From an uncultured Clostridia bacterium (GTDB lineage Bacteria > Bacillota > Clostridia > Christensenellales > UBA1242): a stretch of DNA of 64,000 bases. Within the stretch, counting starts at the first letter, position 1. Each line of letters starts with the position of its first letter. The stretch lies in the NCBI GenBank assembly GCA_944349805.1, contig CALVNP010000055.1, forward strand, positions 1,565 to 65,564, in the 5' to 3' direction. Below the pieces are notes generated by a model. It saw nothing but the letters and a program-made list of their open reading frames with translations. It ran no database searches and was not told the DNA's origin. Below, piece after piece: positions 1 to 9,774 of this stretch. Position numbers and translations under genes: made by a program.

Positions 1-469
1 AGAAGAAAAAATATTTCCAATTTCCCGTGCAATAGGCTTGGATTCTGAGATGGAAGAAGAAAGACGACTTATGTATGTTGGAATAACTAGAGCAGAAAAA
101 AATTTGTATTTGACAAATTGCAGAACAAGATTTATTTATGGTAAACGGGATTATATGATTCCAAGCAGATTTTTAAATGAGCTTGGTTATTCGAGCATAA
201 AACCAAGGAGTAATTATTTTGAAAAGAAAGAAGAACCAAAATATAGTCACAACATAGATTCGTTTAAGACTGCTTATCAGGCATTTACAACAACAAGCAA
301 GGCAGACACAAGCAAATACAAAACAGGACAAATGGTATTGCATACAAAATTTGGTATAGGTATCATAAAATCTATTTCTCAAGATAAAAAATGTGCTGAT
401 ATTGAATTTAATGGCATAGGAATTAAAACATTATTATTAGAGATTGCACCATTAAAAATTATAAAATAG
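1..469 (+). CDS. pcrA: ATP-dependent DNA helicase PcrA/UvrD, C-terminal fragment (5' end lies outside window)
   Basis: The frame is open from the window edge. EEERRLMYVGITRAEKNLYL...IPSRFL matches the conserved UvrD/PcrA C-terminal helicase region. pcrA-ligA adjacency is typical of Firmicutes. Confidence 0.85.
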   Translation, partial: EEKIFPISRAIGLDSEMEEERRLMYVGITRAEKNLYLTNCRTRFIYGKRDYMIPSRFLNELGYSSIKPRSNYFEKKEEPKYSHNIDSFKTAYQAFTTTSKADTSKYKTGQMVLHTKFGIGIIKSISQDKKCADIEFNGIGIKTLLLEIAPLKIIK

Positions 470-479
470 GAGAATTAAA

Positions 480-2417
480 ATGGATAGAATGAAGGAGCTG
501 GTAAACGAACTTGACAAGCATATATACAATTATTATGTACTCGATAAACCAACAATTTCTGATTATGAATACGATAAGCTATATGATGAACTTGTAGAGC
601 TGGAAAGAAAAAGTGGAATAATTCTTCCAAATTCTCCAACACAAAGGGTAGGTGGGCAAATTTTAGATGGGTTTATAAAATATAACCACGAAGTTCAATT
701 ATTTAGTTTGGATAAATGTCAATCATCGGAAGAATTGAAAAAATGGGTTAATGATATAAAAAAAATATATCCATCTGCAAATTTTTCTGTGGAATACAAA
801 TATGATGGACTTACAATTGTGTGTAAATATAAAGATGGATATTTTGTTGAAGCAGGAACTCGTGGGAATGGTTTAGTGGGTGAAAATGTAACCTTGCAGG
901 TAAAGACAATAAAGAGTGTACCACTCAAAATACCATTTAAAAATGAGTTAATTGTTCAGGGTGAGGGAATGATAACATTATCAAATCTTGCCGATTATAA
1001 TAAAACATCAAAAGAACCATTAAAAAATGCAAGGAATGCTGTTGCAGGAGCAATACGAAATTTAGATCCAAAGGAAACAGCAAAACGCAAACTAGATTGG
1101 TTTACTTATCAAATTTTAAAATGTGATGGAAAGACTTTTAACACTCAGCAGGAAATGAATGATTTTTTGATTGAAAATGGCTTTAAAACGGGGGATTTTT
1201 TCAAAGTATGCAATAGTTTTGAAGAAATTTGGAAAGAAATTGAAAGAATTGATGTAGAAAAGAAAAATTACAACATTTTGATGGATGGAATAGTAATAAA
1301 ACTAAATCAAGTGGAACATAGACAAGAGTTCGGCTATACGGCAAAATTTCCCAAATGGGCAATAGCATATAAATTTAAACCTGAAGAAATATCAACAATT
1401 CTTGAAGATGTTGTTTGGCAGGTTGGAAGAACGGGAAAAATTACACCAATTGGCGTGATAGAACCTGTTGAGCTGGCTGGAGCAAGTATAAGGAGAGCAA
1501 CATTAAACAACTTTGGAGATATAAAAAGAAAACAAGTAAAAATTGGAAGTAGAGTTTTTGTAAGGAGAAGTAATGAAGTAATACCAGAAATTTTAGGTAT
1601 TGCAGAAGATTTGCCAAATAGTACGGAAATTATAGCGCCTCAAAAGTGCCCTAGTTGTGGAACAGATGTGATAGAAAATGGAGCAAATCTTTTTTGCCCC
1701 AATAAAGATAACTGCCCAGAACAAATTATAGATAGAATCACAAATTTTGCTTCTAAAGAGGGAGTGGATATTGATGGCTTTAGTATAATGACAGCAGAAG
1801 AATTGTTCTATAAATTAGGAGTAAAAAGTTTTCATCAACTATACGAATTGACAAAAGAAGACTTTTTAAAATTAGAAAATTTTAAAGATAAAAAAGCTCA
1901 AAATCTATTATCTTCAATAGAAAGTTCAAAAATTACTACACTTCCTAAATTTATTTATGCTTTAGGAATTGACGGCGTGGGGGTTAAAACAGCAAAAGAT
2001 ATTGCAAAAAAATTTAAAACAATAGATAATTTAAAGAATGCAAAATTTGAAGATATTTTAAACATTTATAATATTGGAGATGTAATAGCCCAAAATTTAT
2101 ATGAATATTTTCACAATGATAAAAATCTAGAAGAAATTTGTAAGCTTTTAAATTACATTAAAATTGAAGACTATTATTCTGAAATAAAACAAAATACCTT
2201 TACAAACAAAAAAGTTGTAATTACAGGTACTTTTGAAAAATACAATAGACAACAACTAACTGAACTGCTAGAAAGTTTTGGAGTACAAGTTATTGATAGT
2301 GTTTCTAAAAAAACCGATTATGTTATAGTTGGTCAAAATGCAGGAAGTAAGCTTGCCAAAGCAAGAAATTTGGGAATTAATGTAGTTATGGAACAAGATT
2401 TTTATAAAATGATATAA
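480..2417 (+). CDS. ligA: NAD-dependent DNA ligase LigA
   Basis: 645 aa. The adenylation motif is KYDGL. There is a Cys4 zinc finger (CPSCGT...CPN..C), an HhH region and a C-terminal BRCT-like tail. RBS AGGAG lies upstream. Confidence 0.95.
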   Translation: MDRMKELVNELDKHIYNYYVLDKPTISDYEYDKLYDELVELERKSGIILPNSPTQRVGGQILDGFIKYNHEVQLFSLDKCQSSEELKKWVNDIKKIYPSANFSVEYKYDGLTIVCKYKDGYFVEAGTRGNGLVGENVTLQVKTIKSVPLKIPFKNELIVQGEGMITLSNLADYNKTSKEPLKNARNAVAGAIRNLDPKETAKRKLDWFTYQILKCDGKTFNTQQEMNDFLIENGFKTGDFFKVCNSFEEIWKEIERIDVEKKNYNILMDGIVIKLNQVEHRQEFGYTAKFPKWAIAYKFKPEEISTILEDVVWQVGRTGKITPIGVIEPVELAGASIRRATLNNFGDIKRKQVKIGSRVFVRRSNEVIPEILGIAEDLPNSTEIIAPQKCPSCGTDVIENGANLFCPNKDNCPEQIIDRITNFASKEGVDIDGFSIMTAEELFYKLGVKSFHQLYELTKEDFLKLENFKDKKAQNLLSSIESSKITTLPKFIYALGIDGVGVKTAKDIAKKFKTIDNLKNAKFEDILNIYNIGDVIAQNLYEYFHNDKNLEEICKLLNYIKIEDYYSEIKQNTFTNKKVVITGTFEKYNRQQLTELLESFGVQVIDSVSKKTDYVIVGQNAGSKLAKARNLGINVVMEQDFYKMI

Positions 2418-2523
2418 TTTAATGTACAAATTTAAAATAAAATGAAAAAAATTTTTAAAAAGTGTGTACAAAATGAAAAACTTGTGATATACTCTCTAAG
2501 TTAAAAAGCGAGGTGTTAAAAGT

Positions 2524-2727
2524 ATGGCAATGATTGAACCACCAATCGATGAATTGGCAAGTAAATTCGGTGGAAATAAATATAAGCTCAGTTGCGTTCT
2601 TGCAAAAAGAGCAAAAGAGCTTGAAAAAAGAATTCCTGCTGAAATTGAAAAAAGTGATAAAAAAGCTATAAGCTTAGCAGCAGACGAAATCTACAATGGG
2701 GAAGTTGTTTCCTCTGACCAAGAATAA
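2524..2727 (+). CDS. rpoZ: DNA-directed RNA polymerase subunit omega
   Basis: 67 aa. The pattern PPIDEL....NKYKL..VLAKRAKEL is characteristic of RpoZ. RBS GAGGTG. Confidence 0.8.
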   Translation: MAMIEPPIDELASKFGGNKYKLSCVLAKRAKELEKRIPAEIEKSDKKAISLAADEIYNGEVVSSDQE

Positions 2728-2762
2728 ATTTTGGTTAATATATAGAGAAAGGAGTTGATAAA

Positions 2763-2963
2763 ATGGCAGTACCAAAGGGTAAGGTTTCAAAGGCAAGAAG
2801 AAATAAAAGAAATTCTGCAAACTTTAAAGCTGGCACAGTAACACTTGTTGAATGTCCACATTGTCACGAACTAAAACTTCCACACAAAGTTTGCAAAGCT
2901 TGTGGAATGTACGATGGCAAAAAAGTTGTTGAAACAGAAAAGAAAGAAAAAAAGGCTAATTAA
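2763..2963 (+). CDS. rpmF: 50S ribosomal protein L32
   Basis: MAVPKGKVSKARRNKR start plus the CPHC...CKAC zinc ribbon. RBS AAGGAG. Confidence 0.95.
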   Translation: MAVPKGKVSKARRNKRNSANFKAGTVTLVECPHCHELKLPHKVCKACGMYDGKKVVETEKKEKKAN

Positions 2964-2965
2964 AA

Positions 2966-3298
2966 ATGTGTGTGTTTTGTGATATAATTGATGGAAAAAT
3001 TCCATCAAAAAAACATTTTGAAAATAATGATTTTATTGTTATTGATGATATAAGTCATAAAGCAAAAAAACATTATTTACTAATACCTAAGAAGCATTAT
3101 GTTGGACTTTTTGACCAAAGCGAAGATGACGCAATAAAACTTGCAAAAATGTTGCGTTTTTTGCCTTCTTTACAGTCTGAACTTGGTTTGGAAGATGGTT
3201 ATAGACTTATCATAAATCAAGGGGGAAATGCTGGTCAAAGCGTAATGCATTTGCATATTCACATACTTGGGGGAGAAATTCTTCCAATAGCACCATAG
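2966..3298 (+). CDS. HIT-family (histidine triad) nucleotide hydrolase
   Basis: 110 aa with N-terminal CVFCDII and the HLHIHILGG histidine triad. Confidence 0.9.
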   Translation: MCVFCDIIDGKIPSKKHFENNDFIVIDDISHKAKKHYLLIPKKHYVGLFDQSEDDAIKLAKMLRFLPSLQSELGLEDGYRLIINQGGNAGQSVMHLHIHILGGEILPIAP

Positions 3299-3333
3299 AA
3301 TGCTAAATATAAAACAAAAAGGTGGTGAAAACA

Positions 3334-3516
3334 ATGACAACAGTTAAAGTGGGCGAAAACGAAAGCTTAGAAAGTGCTCTTAAACGCTTTAAAAGAAAAT
3401 GTCAAAAAGATGGCATTATTGGAGATATAAGAAAGAAAGAAGCATATGACAAGCCAAGTGTTGCAAAAAAGAAAAAAAGAGAAGCAGCAAGAAAAAAAGC
3501 AAGAAAGCATATGTAA
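3334..3516 (+). CDS. rpsU: 30S ribosomal protein S21
   Basis: VKVGENESLESALKRFKRKCQKDGI... followed by a basic tail. ATG at 3334 sits behind RBS AAAGGTGG. The ORF-track GTG at 3322 lies inside that RBS. Confidence 0.93.
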   Translation: MTTVKVGENESLESALKRFKRKCQKDGIIGDIRKKEAYDKPSVAKKKKREAARKKARKHM

Positions 3517-3520
3517 TAAA

Positions 3521-3550
3521 AAAATCCAAACAATTTGTTTGGATTTTTTT
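3521..3550 (+). terminator. Rho-independent terminator after rpsU
   Basis: Stem AAATCCAAAC/GTTTGGATTT followed by a T-run. Confidence 0.8.
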
Positions 3551-3590
3551 GTATATGTTCTAAAAAACTTTAAAATTCTAATAAAAAAAT

Positions 3591-3619
3591 TTGACATTAT
3601 ATAAATAAAAATGTAAAAT
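3591..3619 (+). promoter_or_regulatory. SigA-type promoter for the 3677 gene
   Basis: TTGACA, then a 17-nt spacer ending in TG, then TAAAAT. Confidence 0.55.
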
Positions 3620-3676
3620 TAAGAAAAATTAAATTATATTTTAATTTTTGGTAAACATATAAAAAGGGGATAGATA

Positions 3677-5014
3677 ATGAAAAAGAGAGCAAAAATTTTA
3701 GCATTAGCTTCAACAGTATGTTTTTGTTTGAGTTTATTGGTGGTATGTGTTTTTGCAGCAACATCTGTTTCATTTAGCGTAACGAGTAATTTAAATTTTA
3801 GTGCAGATAGTGTTTTTGTCAAAGTTGACGGCGCACTAAAACAAGGTGCAACACCAGCAAGTGCAAATACAGTAAAACAAGAATACGAAGCATATTCTTA
3901 TAAACCAAAGGCAGATGGTACTCCGGATGGTTCAGCACCCAAAAGTACATTTGTAGCTTCTGATGGAACAACAGATAGAAGTGATTGGGATATAGGAGCA
4001 ATTGATTTCAGTACTCAAGAACCAACTGTTGTGTATGAGTTTACATTTACTAATTATTCTGAAGAAATGGTTTGGGTAAATCCTACATCAAATGCAAAAA
4101 GTATAATGACGACATTTGCTGGAAGTGCATATTCTACAACAGGTGAAAATTTAAATTCTTTGTACAAATACATTCATATTTTTGAAAATTATCCAACAGG
4201 ATTCATTCTTGATGGATATTCGGGGACGGTTAATGCAGACAATCAAAAAACTTACAGAATGGAAATAACATTAGGAAGTTTTGTGACAAAAATAACAAAT
4301 GAACCTGTTACTATTGATTTTGATGTTGAAAAAATTGAAGTTCATCCTGAATATTTTGAAGGGACAACAACCATTACAGGATTGTCTTCTGTGTATACAA
4401 GTCTTTCAGAAAAACCAACAACATTAGTTATTCCTTCAAATTGTACAAATTTTAATGTAGGTAGTCAATTTAATGGTTTAAAAGCAAATACTAATTTAAT
4501 ATTTTTAGATGGTGTTACAAGCATATTATTTAATACGTTTCCTTCCCCTGCTCCATCTTTGCTATGTATTCCTGAAAGCGTTAATTCTTTAAGGCTTTAT
4601 GATAATATGTCTCCCAAGTTTAATGTTCCCAACAACTCTGCTTTTACTTTAACATTATACTTATCAGGGGCAGGAACCAAATCTCCACTCTATATTCCTA
4701 AAAATGTTACATCGCTTAACGATTTTAATTCTGAAGTTTCAATGCCTTATTTAATTATTGAGTCAACATATTTTAATTTTCCATCGCTTTCTCAAGCCCA
4801 TTGTAGGTTAATAGATGCAAGTAATGTTGATTGGAGTGATGGTAGAACAACAGTTAAGTCATCAGGATTATTAACGGGGGATAAATTAATAATGAAAATT
4901 GGTGTTGGTGAAATAGAAGACGCAAAAACTAAGTTGTTACAAAATGTTTCATCTGGTACGATTTTAACTGACGGTGTTACAACTTATACTTGGAACGGTT
5001 CTGCTTGGGCATAA
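3677..5014 (+). CDS. Secreted or cell-surface protein; the C-terminal half has degenerate BspA-like leucine-rich repeats
   Basis: N-terminal signal/TM segment (KILALASTVCFCLSLLVVCVFAA). Recurring units (L)vIPsNcTnf, LCIPESVNSL and LYIPKNVTSLNDF resemble the IP.sVtsI motif of BspA-type LRRs. RBS AAGGGG. Confidence 0.5.
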   Translation: MKKRAKILALASTVCFCLSLLVVCVFAATSVSFSVTSNLNFSADSVFVKVDGALKQGATPASANTVKQEYEAYSYKPKADGTPDGSAPKSTFVASDGTTDRSDWDIGAIDFSTQEPTVVYEFTFTNYSEEMVWVNPTSNAKSIMTTFAGSAYSTTGENLNSLYKYIHIFENYPTGFILDGYSGTVNADNQKTYRMEITLGSFVTKITNEPVTIDFDVEKIEVHPEYFEGTTTITGLSSVYTSLSEKPTTLVIPSNCTNFNVGSQFNGLKANTNLIFLDGVTSILFNTFPSPAPSLLCIPESVNSLRLYDNMSPKFNVPNNSAFTLTLYLSGAGTKSPLYIPKNVTSLNDFNSEVSMPYLIIESTYFNFPSLSQAHCRLIDASNVDWSDGRTTVKSSGLLTGDKLIMKIGVGEIEDAKTKLLQNVSSGTILTDGVTTYTWNGSAWA

Positions 5015-5035
5015 TATAATTATTAGTTCTCTATT

Positions 5036-5072
5036 AAAAAATTCTATGAATTGTTTTCATAGAATTTTTTTT
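5036..5072 (+). terminator. Rho-independent terminator
   Basis: Stem ATTCTATGAA/TTCATAGAAT followed by T8. Confidence 0.8.
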
Positions 5073-5130
5073 CTAATAAAACTACAAGCTAAGCTAGTGG
5101 TTTATTTGTTTTTTTAAATTTAATTTCTTT

Positions 5131-6153
5131 TTATGCAACAAGCTCTGCCATTAGTTCGTTCGCTATGCTGTTATCTACAACCTTGCTGAATGGAATATTA
5201 TTTTTATTGTTTAATTCACCAGCATTATCCATTATATCTAACATTCTGTTATATGCATTTTCACTCATTACAGGTGTTGAATTCCAAGCATCAGATGCTA
5301 TATAGCTATTTATTGATGTTATTATGCTTTGTTTATCAAATCCGTCAAATGATGGTAATAATGCTTCATATATTTCATCTACACTTGCTGATTTTAAAAA
5401 TTCTAATCCGCGCATAACTGCTTTTAAGAATTTTTTCGCATTGTCTCTATTATTTTCTAAATAAGATTTTGTTGCACAGAAAGCAGTGTAGGGAACTTCG
5501 CCACTTTCTAAGCCCACACTTGCAACGACATATCCTTTTCCTTTTGCTTCCATATCGCTTGCTGTTGGTTCAAACAATGTACAGTACTCGGCATCAGTAC
5601 TTTCAAAAACACTTGCTGTTAAGTTAAATTCAACATCAGTTCTTAAATTAACTTCATTTTCACCTGTACCAATTGTCAGACCAGCTTCTTCAATTACATA
5701 TTGAAGGGTCATTGCAGGCATTCCACCTTTTCTGCCACCAATTATTGTTTTACCTTTTAAATCACTCCAATTAAAATCATTTGTATCTGTTTTTGCAACA
5801 ATAAATGAGCCATCTCTTTTTGTCAATTGACCAAAAACAACAGGGTGATCGCTTGCACCACCATCAACAACATAAACCGTTGCTTCTGGGCCCAAAAGTC
5901 CTATGTCTGCACTCCCAGAAAGAAGGGCAGTCATTCCTTTATCTGAGCCTCCAGCATTTGTTAATTCAACTTCAAGTCCTTCATCTTCAAAATACCCGTT
6001 ATTTAATGCTACATATAATGGTGCATAAAAGATGCTATGCGTTACTTCAACTAGATTAATTTTGTTATCGTTGTCACCACCACAGCCTATGCTAAATAGA
6101 GAAACACCAATAATGAGCATTAAGCACGCCATAAAGCCAGCTATTTTTTTCAT
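5131..6153 (-). CDS. ABC-transporter substrate-binding lipoprotein, NMT1/THI5-like (NitT/TauT family)
   Basis: Lipobox LFSIGC at the end of the signal peptide. Overall resemblance to NMT1/THI5-type binding proteins (H..FYAPLYVA..NGYF..EGL). Strong RBS AGGAGG. No permease or ATPase gene is adjacent. Confidence 0.7.
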   Translation of the reverse strand: MKKIAGFMACLMLIIGVSLFSIGCGGDNDNKINLVEVTHSIFYAPLYVALNNGYFEDEGLEVELTNAGGSDKGMTALLSGSADIGLLGPEATVYVVDGGASDHPVVFGQLTKRDGSFIVAKTDTNDFNWSDLKGKTIIGGRKGGMPAMTLQYVIEEAGLTIGTGENEVNLRTDVEFNLTASVFESTDAEYCTLFEPTASDMEAKGKGYVVASVGLESGEVPYTAFCATKSYLENNRDNAKKFLKAVMRGLEFLKSASVDEIYEALLPSFDGFDKQSIITSINSYIASDAWNSTPVMSENAYNRMLDIMDNAGELNNKNNIPFSKVVDNSIANELMAELVA

Positions 6154-6283
6154 TTTTCCTCCTTGACTATAAAAATTCTATTCAAAATTTATGAATAATG
6201 TTAATTTTTAAAGTTTTTTTAAAAAAACTATTGAAAAATTAATTATGTCGTGCTAAAATTGTATCAATAGATAAGGAGAATTT

Positions 6284-6508
6284 ATGCTTTTGTTTGTAGA
6301 TTTATTGACAAGACTAGCAATGCCAAATGTAATAACAGGTTTAGTTTTAGCAGCACTTGGACTTGCTATAACATTCCTTGCAAGAAAAATTGCCAGAGTT
6401 GTTAGAAAGGAAAAGGAAATTCCAAACAATGACAATGTATACTTGATTTGTAAAGCACTTGGACTTGTTATGATTTGTGTAGCGCTGATTGTTATGATTA
6501 TACAATAG
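6284..6508 (+). CDS. Small two-TM membrane protein, unknown function
   Basis: 74 aa with two hydrophobic helices flanking a basic loop. RBS AAGGAG lies 6 nt upstream. Confidence 0.5.
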   Translation: MLLFVDLLTRLAMPNVITGLVLAALGLAITFLARKIARVVRKEKEIPNNDNVYLICKALGLVMICVALIVMIIQ

Positions 6509-6544
6509 GCAATGATAAACAATAATAAAAAAATACTTAAAAAC

Positions 6545-6991
6545 TTATTTGTTTTTAAGTATTTTTTCTACCTCGTTTCTTGCTAGTTCATCACATCTGT
6601 TATTAAGTTCATTATCTGAATGTCCTTTAACTTTATTCCAATGTATATTATGAATTCTGGATAATTGTATAAGTTCTTTCCAAAGCTCTTGATTTAAAAC
6701 TTCCTTTTTATTTGATGTTTTCCAGCCATTTTTTATCCAATTTCCAATCCAATCATTTAAAAAAGCATTCACAACATAAGCTGTGTCTGAGAATATTTCA
6801 ACATTACAAGGTTCCTTTAATGCCTTTAATCCATTTATAACAGCCATAAGCTCCATTTTATTATTTGTTGTTAAGCTTTCTCCACCTGACATTTCTTTTT
6901 TATTATCATTAAAAATTAGTACACAAGCCCAGCCACCAGCTCCTGGATTTCCTGAACAGGCACCATCTGTATATAGAGTTATATTTTTCAT
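6545..6991 (-). CDS. rnhA: Ribonuclease HI
   Basis: LYTDGACSGNPGAGGW...MELMAV...SDTAYV...W.KVKGHS...N..CDELA gives the D-E-D-D catalytic pattern of RNase H1. Confidence 0.92.
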   Translation of the reverse strand: MKNITLYTDGACSGNPGAGGWACVLIFNDNKKEMSGGESLTTNNKMELMAVINGLKALKEPCNVEIFSDTAYVVNAFLNDWIGNWIKNGWKTSNKKEVLNQELWKELIQLSRIHNIHWNKVKGHSDNELNNRCDELARNEVEKILKNK

Positions 6992-7073
6992 AATTATATA
7001 TTAAATTAATTAAAAATTAATATCAAGTTTTTATATAATAAAAATAAAAAAATGCACAAGTTATTGTGCATCT

Positions 7074-7147
7074 TGGCAGGGGTGGAAGGAATCGAACCCT
7101 CAATAATGGTTTTGGAGACCATCGCTATACCGTTTAACTACACCCCT
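7074..7147 (-). tRNA. trnW: tRNA-Trp (anticodon CCA)
   Basis: The reverse complement reads AGGGGTG-TA-...-ATGGT-CTCCAAA-ACCAT-...-GGGTTCGATTCC-...-CACCCCT-G-CCA. This folds as a full cloverleaf with CCA encoded. Confidence 0.93.
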
Positions 7148-7214
7148 AAGCCTTGTTAGTATATATCATTATAAAAATAAATGTCAATAAAAATTTCCCA
7201 TTTATTTTAATTTT

Positions 7215-8399
7215 TTATCTTAAAAAGTTTGCCTTTTTTAAGCTTGCTGACTTGATTATATCTTCACCATATTTTCTTCTAATTATATCTATTGCTTTGC
7301 TTAATTCTGCATTTTTTGTTGTTTTATCAAACATAGATAGTTGTTTAATGGGCATTGTTGAAAGGGAAGAACAGCAAATTCTTATTGCTCTTATTTTTTC
7401 TTTATAATCCCAAAAACTATTAAGAAGTTTCATTGCATTTTCAGCAATGTCCTTTGTGCTGTTTGTTGGGGCTTGCATTTTGCAAGAATGATGCTCATAC
7501 TTAAATTCACAAGTTTTTACGGTAACTGAAATAGCATAGGAAAAGAGTTTTTTTTCTCTTAATCTTCTTCCAACTTCTTCTGATAAATATAGTATTGTAT
7601 CATTAACTTCTTTGGGAGTAAAAATGTCGACTATGGTTGTTGTTCCATTTCCAACGCTTTTGGGAAGTTCGTCTTCATATATACTTTTAACTGTTTCATT
7701 ATATATTCCTTTCACTTTTAAACTTAATTCTTCGCCAACAATACCAAATTTATGCTTTAATATTTCTGTTGGAATATTTGCCAAATCTCCAATTGTTGTT
7801 ATATTCATTTTTGATAGATGCATTTCCATTTTTCTTCCTATGCCAACAATACTACTTATTGGAAGTAAATATGTTAAAGCTTTGAAGTTTTGCTTTGGTA
7901 TAACAGTTATTGCATCTGGTTTTTTAATGTCGCTACCAAGTTTTGCAAAAAGTTTACTAAAACTAACTCCAATTGATACAGTTATATTTAATTCACTTTT
8001 AACCCTTGCTCTGATGTCTTCTGCTAAATTTAATGCACCATTAAAAAGCTGTTCCGTTTCTGTGACATCCAACCAACATTCATCAATACCAAATGGCTCA
8101 ATAAGGTGAGTGTAGGTTGAATATATTTCGTGTAGTTTTTTAGAGTAAGTTTCATATAATTCGTGATTTGGAGAAACACATATGAGTTCTGGGCATTTTT
8201 CTTTTGCTTGCCAAATTGCTTCACCTGTTTTTATTCCATATTTTTTTGCAATATCATTCTTAGCAAGAATAATTCCTGTTCTTTTTTGTGGATTTCCAGA
8301 AACGGCAACTGCCTTTCCTTTAAGTTCTGGATTTATTGCACATTCAACGGAAGCATAAAAACTATTAGCATCACAATGTAAAATAACCCTTTCTTTCAT
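7215..8399 (-). CDS. dinB: DNA polymerase IV (Y-family translesion polymerase)
   Basis: ILHCDANSFYASVE, a GIDECWLDVT-like motif and SIGVS. The start is placed at ATG 8399 behind RBS AGGAG. The 16 extra N-terminal codons in the ORF track are unlikely to be translated. Confidence 0.9.
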   Translation of the reverse strand: MKERVILHCDANSFYASVECAINPELKGKAVAVSGNPQKRTGIILAKNDIAKKYGIKTGEAIWQAKEKCPELICVSPNHELYETYSKKLHEIYSTYTHLIEPFGIDECWLDVTETEQLFNGALNLAEDIRARVKSELNITVSIGVSFSKLFAKLGSDIKKPDAITVIPKQNFKALTYLLPISSIVGIGRKMEMHLSKMNITTIGDLANIPTEILKHKFGIVGEELSLKVKGIYNETVKSIYEDELPKSVGNGTTTIVDIFTPKEVNDTILYLSEEVGRRLREKKLFSYAISVTVKTCEFKYEHHSCKMQAPTNSTKDIAENAMKLLNSFWDYKEKIRAIRICCSSLSTMPIKQLSMFDKTTKNAELSKAIDIIRRKYGEDIIKSASLKKANFLR

Positions 8400-8461
8400 T
8401 TTACTATTTCTCCTTTTTTTGTTAGAATACACATATAAATAAGACACAGGGAGACAAGTTT

Positions 8462-9733
8462 ATGAAATATCATTTTTACAATGCAAATATTTTATCTGCT
8501 GGTGAAATAATAAAAGGAGATGTTGTTGTAGAAGATAATGTAATAACATATGTTGGAAGTTCAATAGACACCATTTCTGATAGAAAAATAGATGTTAATG
8601 GTAATCTGTTAATGGCAGGCTTTGTAAATGCGCACACTCATAGTCCAATGTCCATTTTTAGAGGTATTGCAGACGATATCGACTTAAATTCTTGGCTTTT
8701 TGATAAAATCTTCCCAGCAGAGCAAAAACTAACACCAGAAGATGTTTATTGGGGAGAAATGCTTGGTATTGCTGAGCAGGTTAGGGCAGGAATTACAACA
8801 ATTGAAGAGTGTTATTTCTTTTATGATAAGCTTTTGGAAGCGATAAATAAAAGTGGTATTAGATGTAGAATTGGAATACCAAATAACTTTCAAGAATGTG
8901 AAGATGGCAAAATGAAAGAGTTTTTGGACTCAATAATTTCCCAACTAGATAATGAACTTATAAAACCTGTAATCTATGCACATTCAATTTATACATTAAG
9001 CGATGATGAACTAAATTATTTAGTTGATTATTCTGCTAAAAACAAACTTCCAATGAGTATGCATATGTCTGAAACATTGAAAGAAGTTGGAGATTGTACT
9101 GTAAAAAATGAATGTACTCCACCTGAATATTTGGAAAATATTGGTTTTTTAGACAGAAAAACAACTTTGTATCATTGCGTGCACTTAGATAAAGATGATA
9201 TAAAAATTTTGGCAGATTATAATGTGAATGTTGTTACTTGCCCTTCAAGTAACCTTAAACTTGCTTCTGGTATTGCTCCAATTTATTCAATGTTGAATCA
9301 GGGCTTGAATATATGTATAGGTACTGACGGCGTAGCTAGTAATAATGCTTTTGATATGTTTAAAGAGATGTTTTTGGTTGCAACTTTAAATAAGGCACTT
9401 TTATATGATGCATCTATTATTTCTGCTAAGCAGGTAATAGAAATGGCAACTAAAAATGGTGCAACTGCTTTAGGCTTTGATAGGTGTGGTGATATTAAAG
9501 TTGGGAATTTAGCAGATTTAATTTTATTGGATTTAAACGCAGTTCACCATCAACCACTAAATAACATTATTTCTAACATTGTTTATTCTGCAAAAAGCTC
9601 TGATGTATATTTTACTATGGTGAATGGTAAAATTCTTTATGAAAATGGTAAATTTTATATTGGAGAAAATATTGAAGATATTTATAGTAATTGTAAAAAA
9701 ATTGCAAAAAGAATTTTTAATTTAATTGATTAA
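8462..9733 (+). CDS. mtaD: Amidohydrolase of the MtaD/SsnA chlorohydrolase family (probable 5-methylthioadenosine/S-adenosylhomocysteine deaminase)
   Basis: Metal motif FVNAHTHSPMS. Downstream H, H and D positions (MHMSET, YHCVH, GTDG) fit the amidohydrolase superfamily. Confidence 0.75.
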   Translation: MKYHFYNANILSAGEIIKGDVVVEDNVITYVGSSIDTISDRKIDVNGNLLMAGFVNAHTHSPMSIFRGIADDIDLNSWLFDKIFPAEQKLTPEDVYWGEMLGIAEQVRAGITTIEECYFFYDKLLEAINKSGIRCRIGIPNNFQECEDGKMKEFLDSIISQLDNELIKPVIYAHSIYTLSDDELNYLVDYSAKNKLPMSMHMSETLKEVGDCTVKNECTPPEYLENIGFLDRKTTLYHCVHLDKDDIKILADYNVNVVTCPSSNLKLASGIAPIYSMLNQGLNICIGTDGVASNNAFDMFKEMFLVATLNKALLYDASIISAKQVIEMATKNGATALGFDRCGDIKVGNLADLILLDLNAVHHQPLNNIISNIVYSAKSSDVYFTMVNGKILYENGKFYIGENIEDIYSNCKKIAKRIFNLID

Positions 9734-9774
9734 ATTCATATGTGGGTTTATAATATTGAAAAGAGGTGATTAGT

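Noticed and set aside
6154-6283. TPP or other riboswitch upstream of the THI5/NMT1-like binding protein
   Set aside because: I looked for the conserved CTGAGA / ACCTGA-type TPP core and for a stable multi-stem structure. The leader is almost pure AT with no such elements.
7612-8109. 165-aa plus-strand ORF
   Set aside because: It is antisense to dinB, whose Y-family polymerase motifs are unambiguous.
9734-9774. CtsR operator upstream of clpC
   Set aside because: No GGTCAAA-N3-GGTCAAA-like direct repeat is present in the 40-nt upstream region. Regulation must differ, or the operator lies further upstream inside mtaD.
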